Below the pieces are notes generated by a model. That model made no database searches. It was given only the letters and a program-made list of their open reading frames with translations, and was not told the origin of the DNA. 64,000 nucleotides of DNA, from contig CM035352.1 in assembly GCA_020137815.1 (NCBI GenBank), positions 5,146,001 to 5,210,000 on the forward strand, read 5' to 3'. Within the stretch, counting starts at the first letter, position 1. Each line of letters begins with the position of its first letter. Below, piece by piece: positions 33,801 to 47,277 of this stretch. The DNA comes from Hormiphora californensis. Its lineage: Eukaryota > Animalia > Ctenophora. The position numbers and the translations under genes are program-made.

Positions 33801-35483
33801 TGGTGTCATGATGGCGATATATCTTCAACTGGAATATGGAAACTGTTTTCCAATCGCAAAATGTCCATACTAAACGATAAAGCATGTATTATTTGGTCCT
33901 GACTCGAAATCTGGGAGTTATTAGCCAAGGATCAATCATTATGAATCACCCTAATATTTCTTTTGTTTACACCCCTCCCACTGCCGCAGGTAACAGCACA
34001 AAAGTACGGACTAGAAGATATAACATATAGCTCCTTTGAGCTTCACTACGGCTACAGGAACAAGTACTGTGCGGCAGACACCTTCTCTGCAGTCTACACT
34101 GCTCTAACTGACCCGTCCAAGGATACAGAGGCGGCATTCCTGCGAGCCCAAGATACCCTGAATCGCCAAAATGAGAAACTTATTGCAACAGGTCAGTCCA
34201 GCCATGGTAACCACAGAAACACCTTATGGTAACCATGGTAACCACTGAGACACCTTATGGTAACCATGGTAACCTCTGAAACACCTTGTGGTAACCATGG
34301 TAACCTCTGAAACACCGTGTGGTAACCATGGTAACCTCTGAAACAGCTTGTGGTAACCATGGTAACCACTGAAACACCTTGTGGTAACCACTGAAACACC
34401 TTGTGGTAACCATGGTAACCACTGAAACACAGGTTGTGGTAACCATGGTAACCACTGAAACACCTTGTGGTAGCGATAGTAACAGTTAACACCATACAAT
34501 TTGCCGTGACAGTGACAGAATTGAGTGCCATGTTGTTGTCAATAACACCTCTTACTTCAATCAGGTATTGATAACAGTAAGCAGCTGTGTTGTGGCCTAC
34601 TGAACCAGGTCCAGGCGTTCATAGAAATGAAACAGGTGGTGTGTACCGGACCCTTCGTTTACGCTGTTATACAGGTACACACACTGTTGGTTAACGTTTT
34701 CAGGAAACCAAGATTCTGTTTTATACCCGTGTTCAACTTGTTCTTTTGGTTAGTTATCCGAATTCCGAAAAAATATCCACAATATAACCTCCACAACTCC
34801 CGTTCAGGACGGTTCAGCTGAGTTAGAGCTGGTCTCCCATCCACCCCCCCCCCCCAATATAACTAATACCCCCCCCCCCAATATAACTAATTACCCCCCC
34901 CCCCCCCCCCCCCCCCCAATATAACCAATACCCCCCCCCCCAATACCATACCCCCCCCCCCCCCCCCCCAATATAACTAATCCCCCCCCCCGGCAGGACG
35001 GTTCAGCTGAGTTAGAATTGTTCTCCCATCCAGCCCGATTAAACAGATTGTGTCGGTACCTTCCGTGAAGCGTACTGTGCCATCTTCAAAAAGGCAGCCT
35101 CTCTACCCTTCGTTATTGCTGCTCCCCTACACCTTGATCCAGGTACAGTCGGACCCCGATTTACCGGGATGCTCTAATTGGTCTGGTGGTACTTCTTTAG
35201 ACTCCGAACTTACCATTCTCCCACCCTCACCTAATTCTCCATGCCTATTTCACCACGTCTGACCCTAAGCCTCCCTTTTTTTCCAGATTACAGCTGTGTG
35301 GTGGGTGTACCAGCACTGGTTATAGACAGCAACAAATCCTACCTTGGTCGGGCTTTTGTGCAGGCATCAGACAAAGTCAATGCTTCGGTTGAGTTTGATG
35401 ATTTTGATGGGGCGGTAATGCAAATAAAAACTGAGGACAAAGCTAAATTTTTTGATGCCCTTACAGTGTTGTTGATGTCGTGA
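30896..35483 (+). CDS. CDC45: Cell division control protein 45
   Basis: About 11 exons (30896-30943, 31070-31222, 31410-31591, 31882-32041, 32193-32419, 32605-32694, 32780-32912, 33990-34191, 34565-34673, 34997-35142, 35287-35483). Motifs VDALCAWKILQSL, VLDSHLP, MYELAWKLSRD..LWWAVVGVTEQ, LYRHWTLMESL, EFLADMGLPL, EDKAKFFDAL. Confidence 0.95.
33056..33953. mobile_element. MITE in CDC45 intron 7
   Basis: TIR TAGGGTGATTCATAATGATTGATCCTTGG at both ends, flanked by ATAT. Confidence 0.85.
34202..34470. repeat. About 31-bp minisatellite (GGTAACCATGGTAACCACTGAAACACCTTGT)
   Basis: About 8-9 tandem units in CDC45 intron 8. Confidence 0.9.
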
Positions 35484-35710
35484 TTTAGTGTGTTGAAAAG
35501 TGTTTGTGTTTTTGTGAGTTTATTTGTCGATATAATTAAAATAAAAACTACGTGCTTTTTGTCTCATTTACCACAATTTTCTGTACAGTCAAATGCAAAA
35601 ATGCTTTACCCCGATACATACCGGTAAATGGCATCCCCCGAGAATCACGGTAAATCGGGATCTGACTTCAGAGTAAATTACTAATCACTTACTTATGTGT
35701 AGAGAGAATA

Positions 35711-38700
35711 ATGGCAGCCACCCAACAAGAATCTACAATATCTCTCAAGGGGAGCACTCAGATGGTCTCCGAGTTCTTCTGTAAGTCAACTAAGCAGATC
35801 AGTATGCTTTTGAACGTTCTATCCAAGAACATTGAATTGTACCCATTCTTCACACTTTGCATTCCTTCAAAAACCAATCCCACCCTCGACGTGATGTATT
35901 AATTGTACACCCTCTCCCCATTAGATTACGCAGTTAATAGTATTCTGTTCCAACGTGGCGTCTACGCCTCAGACAGCTTCGACTTTAAAACTAAGTACAA
36001 TCTAAAGGTAAGTTTTGTAGTCCTCTTTGCACAGATACTGCACAGGTATCAGCTCCTCATATAGCCTCCCCTCCCTGGAAGCTACTCTTGCCGAGTAAAT
36101 ATGTTTTGTTGGGAAATGGGGACTCCAGTTTTGGGTTATGTGTTTTAAAACAAAGGTTTTCTTGTAGGTGATGGAGACGACAGATGACCGACTGAAAAGC
36201 TACTTAGAGCAGTGTATGGAACAACTTAAAGGTATGTTTCAATGTTGTTACGTCACGTGATTATGTTCGATGGCTAGGGCTCCCGTTGTTGAATGTTTTG
36301 TTGCCAGGCTTTGGTTTTCACAGCTCTTGGCCCTTCCTGATTCTGTGTTCGGTTCATTGTTGCTTGTGTGTGTGTCTGTGTGCCCCGATATGGGCCCACA
36401 GTTGTATACGCGCGTAGCTGGAGCGCGCGACATACAAACTTGCAATGTGTATGGCGCACTTCCCGCGAATCTTATCATAGAAGAGTTGATGAAACAAACT
36501 GTCATTGTCATTGTCAATCTTGAATCTAATCAGCGAATTAAAATGAATACTTGCCCTAATTAATTAAAAAGATATAGCACCTAACTCTGTTAACTGAACT
36601 TAGAACTTTCGTTAATTAAAATCTAACCAAGAAATTGAATTCAGTTCATTGTTATTTAACCTTCACACATCCATTCCATTTCTTCCCAATAAGTATATCC
36701 TTTAGTAAGGGAATTATAGCCCGTGACTGGGAAAAAGTTTACAGCAAGCTAATTCCTTCACCAATGTGTCCCTAAGGGTCTCCACTAAGCCCCCAGAAAA
36801 GGGGCGGCGGCGAACATCGGCCTGAATATAAATAAGTGTAGACACTTCACAATAAATAAACCTGGGGGGGGGGGGGCTAAAGTTTTTGAAGTTTGAAGTT
36901 TTCCACCCTACTTTTTGAGTTTTTGAAGTTTTTGAAGTTGACTTCAAAAACTTCTAAAACTCTAAACTACTTTTACATATGTTATATGCTATCAGTGACT
37001 ATTATTACACTTGTTTAGGTTAGTTTCATGCTTAATAGATATTGTGGCAAAGTTATCCGTCCTTGTCTACCCTTTTTCTACCACAAATTAGGATATTTAC
37101 AATGATTCCTAGCCATGAAATCCATGGCACAATTTGGTGTAAAAAATTTAAATTTTTTGTAAAAACAGATTTCATTTTCACAGCTACAATTCTACGGATG
37201 TTCATCACCTAATTCAACACGTTTCAAGCGGCCCTCTTCTGATCACCCTTGATGTTCATCACCATCCCTTATACCACTCTACCAACCCCGACATCGACAT
37301 GATGAAGAGATGGAGTGAGAGAGGATTCAATAATGCGTGCCGATAGGAGTCATTAGGGGGCGGAGGATTCAACAGGGGGGGTAAGGATTCAATAGCGGGT
37401 GGGTAGTACCCTGTGCTATTTCAAATTTTTTTCGACTAGGCCATTCAGTATCTAGCTAATGTGAAACTATGGACAATTCTCTATCACATCAGCAAAACAG
37501 AATCGAGATAGTGTTTGTCAGTTACGTTGGCATCGCGATTTAAAAAGTGTAGTTTTTAACCGAAAAATGGTAAAAACAGGGAAATACAGTCGGACCCCGA
37601 TTTAGGGACACCCTCGGGGGAAAGGCTTTTGTCCACTAAATCGGGGTGTCCACTAAATCGGGTTCAAATTATGTTAATTTTCGTATATCGGGGGAAAATA
37701 ATCCTGTCCCTAAATCGGGGTGCCACTAAATCGGGGTCCGACTGTATGTGTGGTTTTCACCAGTTTTTGACATGTTCTTGATATTAACTTTTTATGTTCA
37801 AGATCGTGTTCAGCACCTCGAAACTGACAAGAATTGATATGCATCATTAAATGATGCTAAAGTTCATTTTTGACCTAAAAATGTTCATTTTTGGCAAAAA
37901 ATGTTCATTTTGGACATGTTCTTAAATTTTGAGAGCTTTTTCATGAACGGGACCGTGTTCCGCAGGCCAAAATTAGTCGATTACAACCGAAATTTGCTTT
38001 CCACCAAGAAAAAACTAAAAAAAATTAAAATTCGTCCCCACGATTCTGCAAGTTGGTAAAATTAGCAAGAAAAAAAAGGGAGAAAAATTTTTATTTTTGT
38101 TCATAAAGTGGATATCTGAAGACTCAAACTGAAAGTAACGGTTGTATAAGTTGTCACGAGACGATCTATATGTGTGTTTTGTTCGAAATAACGCCCTAAA
38201 ACAGACTTTTTGAAATGAATATGCCCATATATGGGCATAGCTCGTGCCAACGTAATTGGGCCATGGTAGAGCCAAAACTTTGTGATAAAATGTTTTAGAA
38301 TGATCGTAGGAGCTCATTTAACCCGATACCAAGTGAAATTTTGAATTAAATTAACCATTTGAAAAAATAGCACACCCTACAGTGGGTACTGGGTAGTTAA
38401 TAGGGGGGGGGGTAATGATTCAATGGGGGTGAGGGAGTCAAAAGACCTGGGGAGTGAGGAATGAGGATTCAATATGTGGGGGCGACAGGAGCCAATAGGT
38501 CGAGGGAGAGTCATTAGGGGTGATGAGAGTCAATAAGCCATAGTGCTTTACTTTTGCTAGGGTATCAATGGGATTAGGGTGCAGGGAGGGGTGGGAGGTG
38601 TTGAGAATTCTAACACAACATTGAGACGTCATCTTTTCATCAAACTTTTAATTGGACACCAATACTAATAATATCAAGTTTTGTATACTGCCACAGATAC

Positions 38701-41700
38701 GACAGGGCCAGCTAAGTAAAGCTGTAACTGACACTGACGAGCTTCAGAGCGGTATACCTCACACGTGGAGTCCTTATATTCTCACACACTTTGGAAAAAA
38801 CTAACTCCTTGTTCAAGAAATACTTATAAGATAACTGGTCACATAACGCTCAAAAACTGTTTAGATAAAAAATTACAGACTTTATTGAATAAAGGGAAGA
38901 AATTAATTGGACACTAATTAATGTTAAAAACTATTTGTTTAGAAATTATTCCGACTTTCGTTTTCGTGCACCTCTCACTTTAATATTCCCTGATTAATTG
39001 TTATGTACAGTCATAGCTTGTGCTATTTGTAACATGGCATTAACATTTTCATCACTCAACTTGTCCACTTCTTCTTGCAACTTTACTTTCGCATTTTTAA
39101 GGTCAGTATTATTGTAGAACTTGCTAGAGACAATGGCATACATTTTAGCAGTAACTTCCTTCGAAAAGTATTTCATTGGAAAAAAATGGAATTGCCTTGG
39201 TAATGGTAATACCATTTGTAACATTCCATACAAATCTAACCAAAAACAAATTTTTTCACCGATGCTAATTAGTTTAATTCTTCCTACTTTCGCTTCTTTC
39301 TCTGACTCAGCTCTGATTTTCTGAACATCATCTATTGCCAGTCCAGTTACTAAGTTTAACAAAATAAGATTAACTAGTAGGCCAAAGATGAAAAATGTAA
39401 CAAGGGCCAAGTGCACGCTTCTCTCTTCTTCGTTAATTTCAATAACATCATACTCCAAACTACTAAAAAATCTTGTCCACACCCAATAATACGGCTTCCC
39501 ACTTGCAAAGTTAACTATATCATCATTTATTGCAAAAGAAAAAACTACTGTAAACGAAACGAGAAAAAATGCCATTTGTGGAATAATCTCAAGGAGCGTA
39601 CTTAAAATTCGAAGGACCATGATAAAATAAATTCCAATCTTTGGAAAATATCGAAGTATGAGAAACATGTTACAAAAACCAGAAGTGACGGCTACGAAAG
39701 CAAACATCTTTTTCCACCAAAGATTTCCAGCGTAACTCACATAGACAACTGTGCTGAAATACAGCATAAGCTCAGTGACGTTATCTACTTTTGAGAAGTA
39801 GGCTACAATTAATTTTTTGTTGGAAATTTGTTTCTGGCTCTGTAGCTCTGATCTTTGCGCATTATGCTTGGGGTTTTTGGTGTCGTTGGTAGGTGAATTT
39901 CCCATTTCTACTCGTTCTGTAGAGCGCTCATCACTCATCATGGACTGTCTGGCGTTGTCAGACCCCGTTGTGGCAGTGCGCTCAGATCGGGTCGGCGCTG
40001 GCAGACAACTGAAGATCTTTTTAATGACTGAGGGGCCATAATTCATCGAAAAATAAAAAATCAAAGATCTCACCAATCAACCTTAACACGGACATAACCA
40101 AGAGAATAACTTCGAGCGTCGTAACTTTAGTCTCTGTCAAGTATTCAAGATGATCCGTATAATTTTTCGCTATCAGTTTTCCTATGTCATCCGGAATTTT
40201 CGCTGTTGGATATGCTGCGACAATCAGCATCACCACAAAGGAAAGAAGCATCAGTAGAGACAACCAAAACCAGATTTGTCCAATTTGCCTCCATTTTATT
40301 TCGATAAGTTGCTCCACGACAGGATGTGAAATAATTTTGCCATTTGATCCTTCTTGCGAAGACTCCTCTGCAATGAAATCTAAAAACGTTGCATTTTTCT
40401 GTAGTTTCATTTTACAGCCATGATTGTCAAAGTGAAATGTCTTTGAATTATTAAAATATCGTGAAACTTCTTCGAATTTGAAAGATTCATCGAATTCTTC
40501 TAATATTTGAAAATCCATCGCGTATTCTTTTTCAGAATTCAGTCCAACACGAATTAGTGAAGCGTCCAACGACATACCTACAGTTTTAGGCAGGTGCTTC
40601 ACAGCAAGTTCCAGTGACACAAGTTTCAAAGCTTCTTTCCAAAACCCTATTTCTTTATCATGAAGTCGTTCCTGATATCGTTCATATAATTCCTTGATAT
40701 CTTTCAGCTCTACATCTACATCATGAAACTTTCTGTAACATTTTATCATCCATTTATCAACTGCCTCTCCTGCACCATTTTCGATAAGGATATCCAGGTA
40801 CAGTTTACCATTTTTATGTTTCTTAAGAATCTCAGTTATGTCTTTCATGAGTGATTCATTTTCTAAAGCAGAGTCCAAAGGTGTGAGCCCCCCTTTATCT
40901 TTTATCAGGAGGATGTCCTCTAGTAATTTTTGATTCTCCTGATTTGCAGCGTCCAGTAGCAGCTCCATTTTCCACGCATCACCCCCTTTTGCAGCATAGT
41001 GTAATGCCGTGTCTGAATTAGCGTTTTTTGCCAAGAGCATATCCCCAAGTATATTTTCTGATTGCTCTGTTGCAGCATCCAGTAGTACTTTCACAGCTTC
41101 ATAGTGATTTTTAAAACAGGCACGGATCAGTGGTGTATCATAATTTGTATCAATATGTGTTCTCAGCAGAACCTCTCTCGTTAGTCCCCTAGATTTGGCT
41201 ACTCGTAACAGCTGGCTGAGTTTCTCGTGGTCACCACCATCAACCAGTCTATATGCCTCAGTCATGCCATTTCTCGGTTTAGTGATCGTATAATAAGTCC
41301 AGTCCGAGTACTCTCCCCCCTGAAATTGTATCAATTTAGTGTTTCCCGTTTCCGCGACAAAAGAAAGTGGAATAGAATATAGCCAGATCATTTAATAACC
41401 AACTCGAAAGGTCGTAGAATGATTATTACGCCATATTTATATAATCACTACTAACCTCAGTATTGGTAACCTCAATACTATTTCACTCAGCCATACTATT
41501 AGTTGAAATTCCACCAATCGGCAATTCTTTCGTTAAACTATTGCATAATTGCTAAATAGAAATGTATATTGAATTAGTTACAGATTTGAAGTAGATTCCA
41601 CCTTGGTGGCAGTGATAGAACTAGCAAGGAAAAGTACTACAAATCAACACCGTATCATTTCAATAAGCATCTCAAAGAAGGCACTAATGTGCCCGGCACT

Positions 41701-44436
41701 TGAACAACGCAAAAGCCTGAAGAGAAAACCAATGATAGAACGCTACTTCTATCCCTATATCAGCGTGAGCGACAAATTAAATATTCAATAAGCTAAAAAC
41801 AAAAGTCTAACGAGAAAGAAAGATCCTGGCCTGAAAAGATCAAGAGGGGCATGTAAATAATTAAAACAAACAAAGTATTTTTCGATTTTCTTCCTTCCTA
41901 TTTAATTCTTGCTCTGAACTCATTATTCAGAAACACAAGCCGAGTATTGAAACAACTATAAATGGCAAGTTCAATCAATATGTCTATTGCTTATATGTGT
42001 GCAACTCTTCATTCAGTTGACGTTGGCTCCGCAATAGATATGTTTATGTAATCACAGCAAGTTAATTGAATCCCAATCTTTGCCCTTCGATCATCGATTG
42101 GAATTTAGAGGAGCTGATCTATGTGCTATACTGCTGCCCTAGGCCTATTTAGACGAAGCTTACATCATGTTGTCGATACTAAATTTAGATATAGTGGGAA
42201 GCGAAAGAAAGAGAAGAAAGGTGGTATTCAGATACCAAAAATAGAGGCTGGATACAAAGCAAGCAACTCACGGTGCCAGCTCGAATAACGTATTTATTTT
42301 GTAGACACACTGATGAGGGCAAGGCAATTGAGCACTCCTCACACATTCACAGAAAGGTCAAAGGTATGGATGACCAAAACTAATTGAAATTAGTAGGACG
42401 AAAAGGTTGCCATATGATTTGAGCTACCTTTGCCACCGTAACTTTCACAGGGTATAGACAGGGTACAGATGCTTCGCCTATCTTCAAAAGGGAATTTACT
42501 GTTGCCTCAAATCATAGGGCAACCTTTCCGGCCTATTAATTTCAATTAGTTTTGGGATTTTTTATCCATTTAGATGTAATAGAACAGGTACGCAGAGGAT
42601 GGCATCGCTGAAAGTTGAAAAAATGTCATTTTTAACGTCGTTTTGACGTCATAAAATGACTTCACGGCGTTATGACGTCAAGTCATAGGGTTTACCTAGA
42701 CGAAGATACTGACCAAGTTTGAGATCAATTGCATGAGATTTGAGTCCGAAAAAACCATACGTGCAATATAGGTGTCGTGCATTTCACCTCCATATAATAC
42801 GCTCTGCAGTGCAGAGCGTATATGGTGCGCTTGCACTGTTTGCAGAAGGTTATGTACTATATATATATAATGCGAGGACGCTACACATTTTAATGCCCTT
42901 GATTTTGTCTCTACTCCTTTGCCCACCCGGAAATGAGCATGTTGCAGCCACCACATTTTGTTGCACTTTTCTGGGGGCTCAGTGGAGACCCTTTGGGACA
43001 CTTGGTATCGAAGACACCTCACACTCAGGCCGCTTCGAGGCCTTCGTTCCGGCAAGGGAGGGGTAACTGAGTTACCAATTGGGACACATTGGTGAAGTAA
43101 TTACCTTGTTGCAAATTTTTTCCCAGTCACGGGCCGAAATCTGCCTTTCTTCCCAATATCTCCTTCCCATACACTCTTCACTATCTCATAACATAACGCT
43201 AATTCTTCCCCGCAGGTTGGCTGGACAACCTGACAGTACAGAAACTAGTCCTAGTAATGCAGGACCTAGAAACCAGAGAAAACATTGAGAGATGGTCTTT
43301 CGATATCAACTGTGACAAATCCATCAGAAACAGCCCTGAGTAAGAGACAGCTCTCACCATTTGATCCCTTTTCCTGACTTTTACCTTCTGAATAATTTAT
43401 ATTCATGTTATCATGAATGCGATCTGGTCAGGATTATTTATTTGGGTACCAACATTTTATTCTGTCCAAAGCCTGAATCAGAATTAAGCCTACGCCCATT
43501 TTTTCAGTTTCACAAAGCCTGCAGAACTGAAGTCTATTCAGAAGGGGATACAGGACGTTATACGACAAATCGTATCCAGTGTCACATTTCTACCCGTTCT
43601 CGAATCATCCTGTGAGTATCTTTTGTTTTTCCTGGTGCAGGGGGGGGGGTTTTGATGAGCATTACATGACAACTTTTGTAATGATTGATCCAGTGAAGGA
43701 GGAAGATTGAACATATTGTGACTCATCAGATTCGCCTGTGATCATGACAAACCTTATATCCACTTCGATAATTTCATACTTGAATGGATAGATAATTCTT
43801 GCTACACTTTTTATTCCTGATCTAAATCTGAATCAGAATTAAGCCTGACGTCATTTTTTCAGTTTCACAGCCTGCTAACACAACGTCTATTCAAGGTACA
43901 GGTCTTACCAAATCTATCCGTGTCACTTATTTCTTACCTCGTCTCGAATCATCCTCTCTAGTATCTTTTGTTTTCTGGTCAGGGGGGGGGGGTTTGAGTA
44001 GTCGAAGTCGTCCTGATCATCTGGGGACGAAAATTCATAGTTAGATTGTCAGTCCTGGCTCCTCTTCTCTTCGGATTCGACAGACTTCTCTCTTCCATCA
44101 TTCTCTTTCTTCCTGTTCTTCTCCTTTTCATTCTCTCACATCTCACCATTCTTGCCTCTTCCTCTCTTACTCTTTTCGTCTCTACTCTCATATATGCTAA
44201 ACATCAGTAGCATTCTCTCTCTCTCTGCTCTCGTCATCGTCGTCTGAGTCTCCGAAGCGGTGCGTCGTTCTATCACTTTCCGTGTCGCTCTCGTGCTCGT
44301 TGAGCTCTCAGCAGAAGTCTCGTCGTCTGCTCGTGCATTCTCTGATTCTGTACTCTAGAAGTTCTCTGTATCTCTCTCCTCTCATCTCTCTCTCCTGGTC
44401 TCTGCTTCTCTCTTCTCATATTCTCTCTCTCTCTCT

Positions 44437-44526
<90 letters not shown>

Positions 44527-44867
44527 TGTGAAGGTTATTAGCATTATAACGTGCCCCTCACATGGTTTTGGATTTAATAATCTAGATAAGCAACCATATA
44601 TCTCCTACATCTATCTAAAGACCCCGTATAATTATGATTACCCCCTCCCTTCCCTCTATAATCTCCCCTATTATAATACCCCTCCCCCTCCTCCCCCCTC
44701 CAGGTTCATTTGACATCCTGGTGTACACAGACCACGATGTAACCATCCCTGTTGGATGGGACGAAACCACCGCCAAGATAGTGATCGGTAGTGAGAATGT
44801 CCAACTAAAGGGATTCAGCACATCAGTCCACAGCGTGACCCCTTCCATCTCTTACAAGATGCCTTGA
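35711..44867 (+). CDS. MAD2L1: Mitotic spindle checkpoint protein MAD2 (HORMA)
   Basis: Exons 35711-35780, 35925-36007, 36168-36231, 43216-43339, 43508-43611, 44704-44867 in frame: ISLKGSTQMVSEFFYYAVNSILFQRGVY, VQKLVLV, ERWSFDI, IQDVIRQIVSSVTFLP, SFDILVYTD, VQLKGFSTSVH. Confidence 0.95.
37587..37744. mobile_element. Short copy of the CAGTCGGACCCCGATTTAG MITE, TA TSD
   Basis: Same TIRs as 7045-7922. Confidence 0.9.
38994..41391 (-). CDS. TRPA-like ankyrin-repeat cation channel, intronless, nested in MAD2 intron 3 (one frameshift near 40030-40065)
   Basis: Ankyrin repeats (TPLIRAC, TALHYAA, TPLDSAL), HPVVEQLIEIKW, S4-S5 ILRYFPKIGIYFIMV, S6 LILLNLVTGLAIDDVQKIR, all TRPA-type motifs. The real start may be the ATG at 41265, after the AG at 41320. 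Confidence 0.85.
44400..44523. repeat. (CT)n microsatellite
   Basis: Direct. Similar tracts at about 45810-45870, 57380-57510 and 58730-58835. Confidence 0.95.
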
Positions 44868-45806
44868 GAGAGATAGGTACGGTTTGAGTTCAAAGTGAAC
44901 ACTTTTTACCCCACCTCAGACAATAATATTAACAATTTTTATGCTTCTTTTCCCATGTACAGATCCTAAGTTGGGTTTCCCCCAAGCGCCCCGCCATCTG
45001 TCGAGCAGGGTAGTGATCCCTGCTAATATAGATGGTTGGGGCCGCGTTGGGGTCAATAATATCGGTTTCTTCCTTTGCTCCTTTATAAATCACGTTTCCA
45101 TGGCGATAAAGCGCTGCAAATCTCATTCCCACAGATCATCAGGGGGTGGGATGGAATTATTATAGAGAACACGGGGGGGGGGGGGGGTATTAGGCGCGAT
45201 TTGCCGATTCTATTCGGCACCATTCTATATAATCTCGCCCCCAGTTCAAATTCGACAAATTGCAATGCAATATAGTTTCTATTATACCTTCTGTCTCCCT
45301 GCCCCTAAATTTTATTGTACATGGCACTCCCCCTTGAACGTCCTCTATTTCTCTATTCCTTCGGCAGCTTCTTCTATTCATTCCTTCTACTACAATGTCT
45401 CCATTTTCAACATTTAATGTTTTATAACGAGTAGAGAAAGAGAAACAGGAGAGGTGAGAGAGAGAGAGAGGTCACTGTTGGTTGAAATGAAATTAACTTA
45501 GTGACTCTATATACTGGTGCAAATAGTCACACTTATGCTCTATCAATGGGGGGAGGGAGCATCATAACAACAGTGTGAGAGGATATAGTGGTAGTGAGGG
45601 AGACTAAAGATCATCATTTTCAATTATCTATTGATGAGCTGCTGCAGCTCTTTAAAAGTATATGACACAGCTGGGAGCTCAATGGGAGGTAGTGAAACTC
45701 GCATCGCAAGCCCTTCTCTCTATTGATTGAGGGCACTACTCATCTTTCTGTTATAGTGGTATGATACAAATCCAATAACCGGGACGAATGAGAAAGTCGG
45801 GGGAGT

Positions 45807-45844
<38 letters not shown>

Positions 45845-47277
45845 GGGAAAAATAGAGAGAGAGAGAGAGAGTCATTGCACCCGATCCATTCAGTAGCCAT
45901 GGTGAACGATAACCTCATTTCGTTGCTCGAACCACAACTGCACACATTTTCTCTAAACCTTCGTCTTGTTGTCTCGAGTCTGCCGTTGTTGTCTGTGCTG
46001 AGCTTACTATAACTGTAATGAGGGGCCATAATCAATATTATAGTTTCCCGAACGTTCTTGAAACCTCATTTGCATGCACTTTTAGACTTGGTTCACTATC
46101 GTAGATACTAATGCTCCCCCCCCCCCCCATAATGCTCTGTACCGAACGTATAACTTAAGTAACAGTGCTTGTCATTATATATCTCAGTGAACAATGTTTT
46201 AATAAAATATCTCATATACATGTGGGACATGTGGGATAGCAAGAAACTTCGAGTTGCTTCATATCAACCGAAAACCAATCAAACTTCTGTATTTAATGAA
46301 CTTTCTACAGTTCCGAGAAACCTTAACAAGTTGAGCTCAATATTGTCACATGACCGGGGCATGATGAGTGATGACCCTCCCCCTGAGTACTAATAGAGCT
46401 TCCCCCTCCGTCTCTGAGACTCAGGGCCTGAGTAGTGGTAGTAGAACTGAGCTGTATTATTGTGTTAGTAGAACCAAGTATAAATATGTCACATGATGAT
46501 CTCGAACCCCCCCTTCGCTGCTTCATTGATGTCAGAGCATTTGCCTGTCCCTATTCTTATTTCTTTCAAATTTAGTGTGTGAGAACCGCGGTTAGAGCAT
46601 TGGCCTGATAGCTTCATTGTCACTCTTGAGTGAAGGGGTCGGAATGAGCACTGTCTCATATACCACAGTCATTCAATCATGTGTGGTTTCGATCCGTTTA
46701 CTTTAATTTTGATCAAACCACAACAGCTCTCTGTGTGGGGGGCATGTTCAATGAACAACTGTTCGTCACCCCTCTCGATGTGTAGAATCTTGGTGATTAT
46801 CCCAGTGAGATAGAGAGAACCCCTTTCTACGAGAGAAAAAACACCCTTTCTCTATGATGCTGGGGGAGCTGGGGAATTGCAATGATTCTGACGCAATTAG
46901 ATGAACTCCGATACTCTGTAATTTGCTACTACAATTGTACCCCCCTCGTGTTGTTGTCCCATCATCATACTATTACAGTGCTGTTCCCATTGTGCTCTTA
47001 ATGTTCCTGCTGCTCTTGCCCCCCCCCCCTTTATTATGCTCTGTCACTTTGCCCATTGGCAGTGGTATATAGTACCTTGATGATTGTTAATAGTGTGATA
47101 TGGCTGCCCCTCTACCCTCTCGTGACGTCACATTGCCAGTCATTGGTGCACCACTTAGAGTCTATATCCCTTTGACGCTATATGCAGAAATAACTCTTGC
47201 GGAGAGTGCTCTATTCCAATATTGTGGAGAGCTATGCATGCTTAAGACTCTTAGTTATTTATCGTAATAGAAACGCC

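Noticed and set aside
34193-34531. GYHGYH / WLPWLP ORFs
   Set aside because: Minisatellite translations inside a CDC45 intron.
38730-38770. Other hammerhead-like cores (CTGACGA at about 38735, CTGATGA at about 42310, minus strand at about 19715 and 43725)
   Set aside because: No correctly placed GAAA with stems II and III.
40030-40065. Programmed -1 frameshift at T_TTT_TTA in the TRPA-like gene
   Set aside because: The heptamer is in frame, but the downstream ORF is in the +1 frame and the -1 frame stops within a few codons. A homopolymer error is simpler.
44929-45132. 67-aa minus-strand ORF after MAD2
   Set aside because: No recognisable motif or supporting exon structure.
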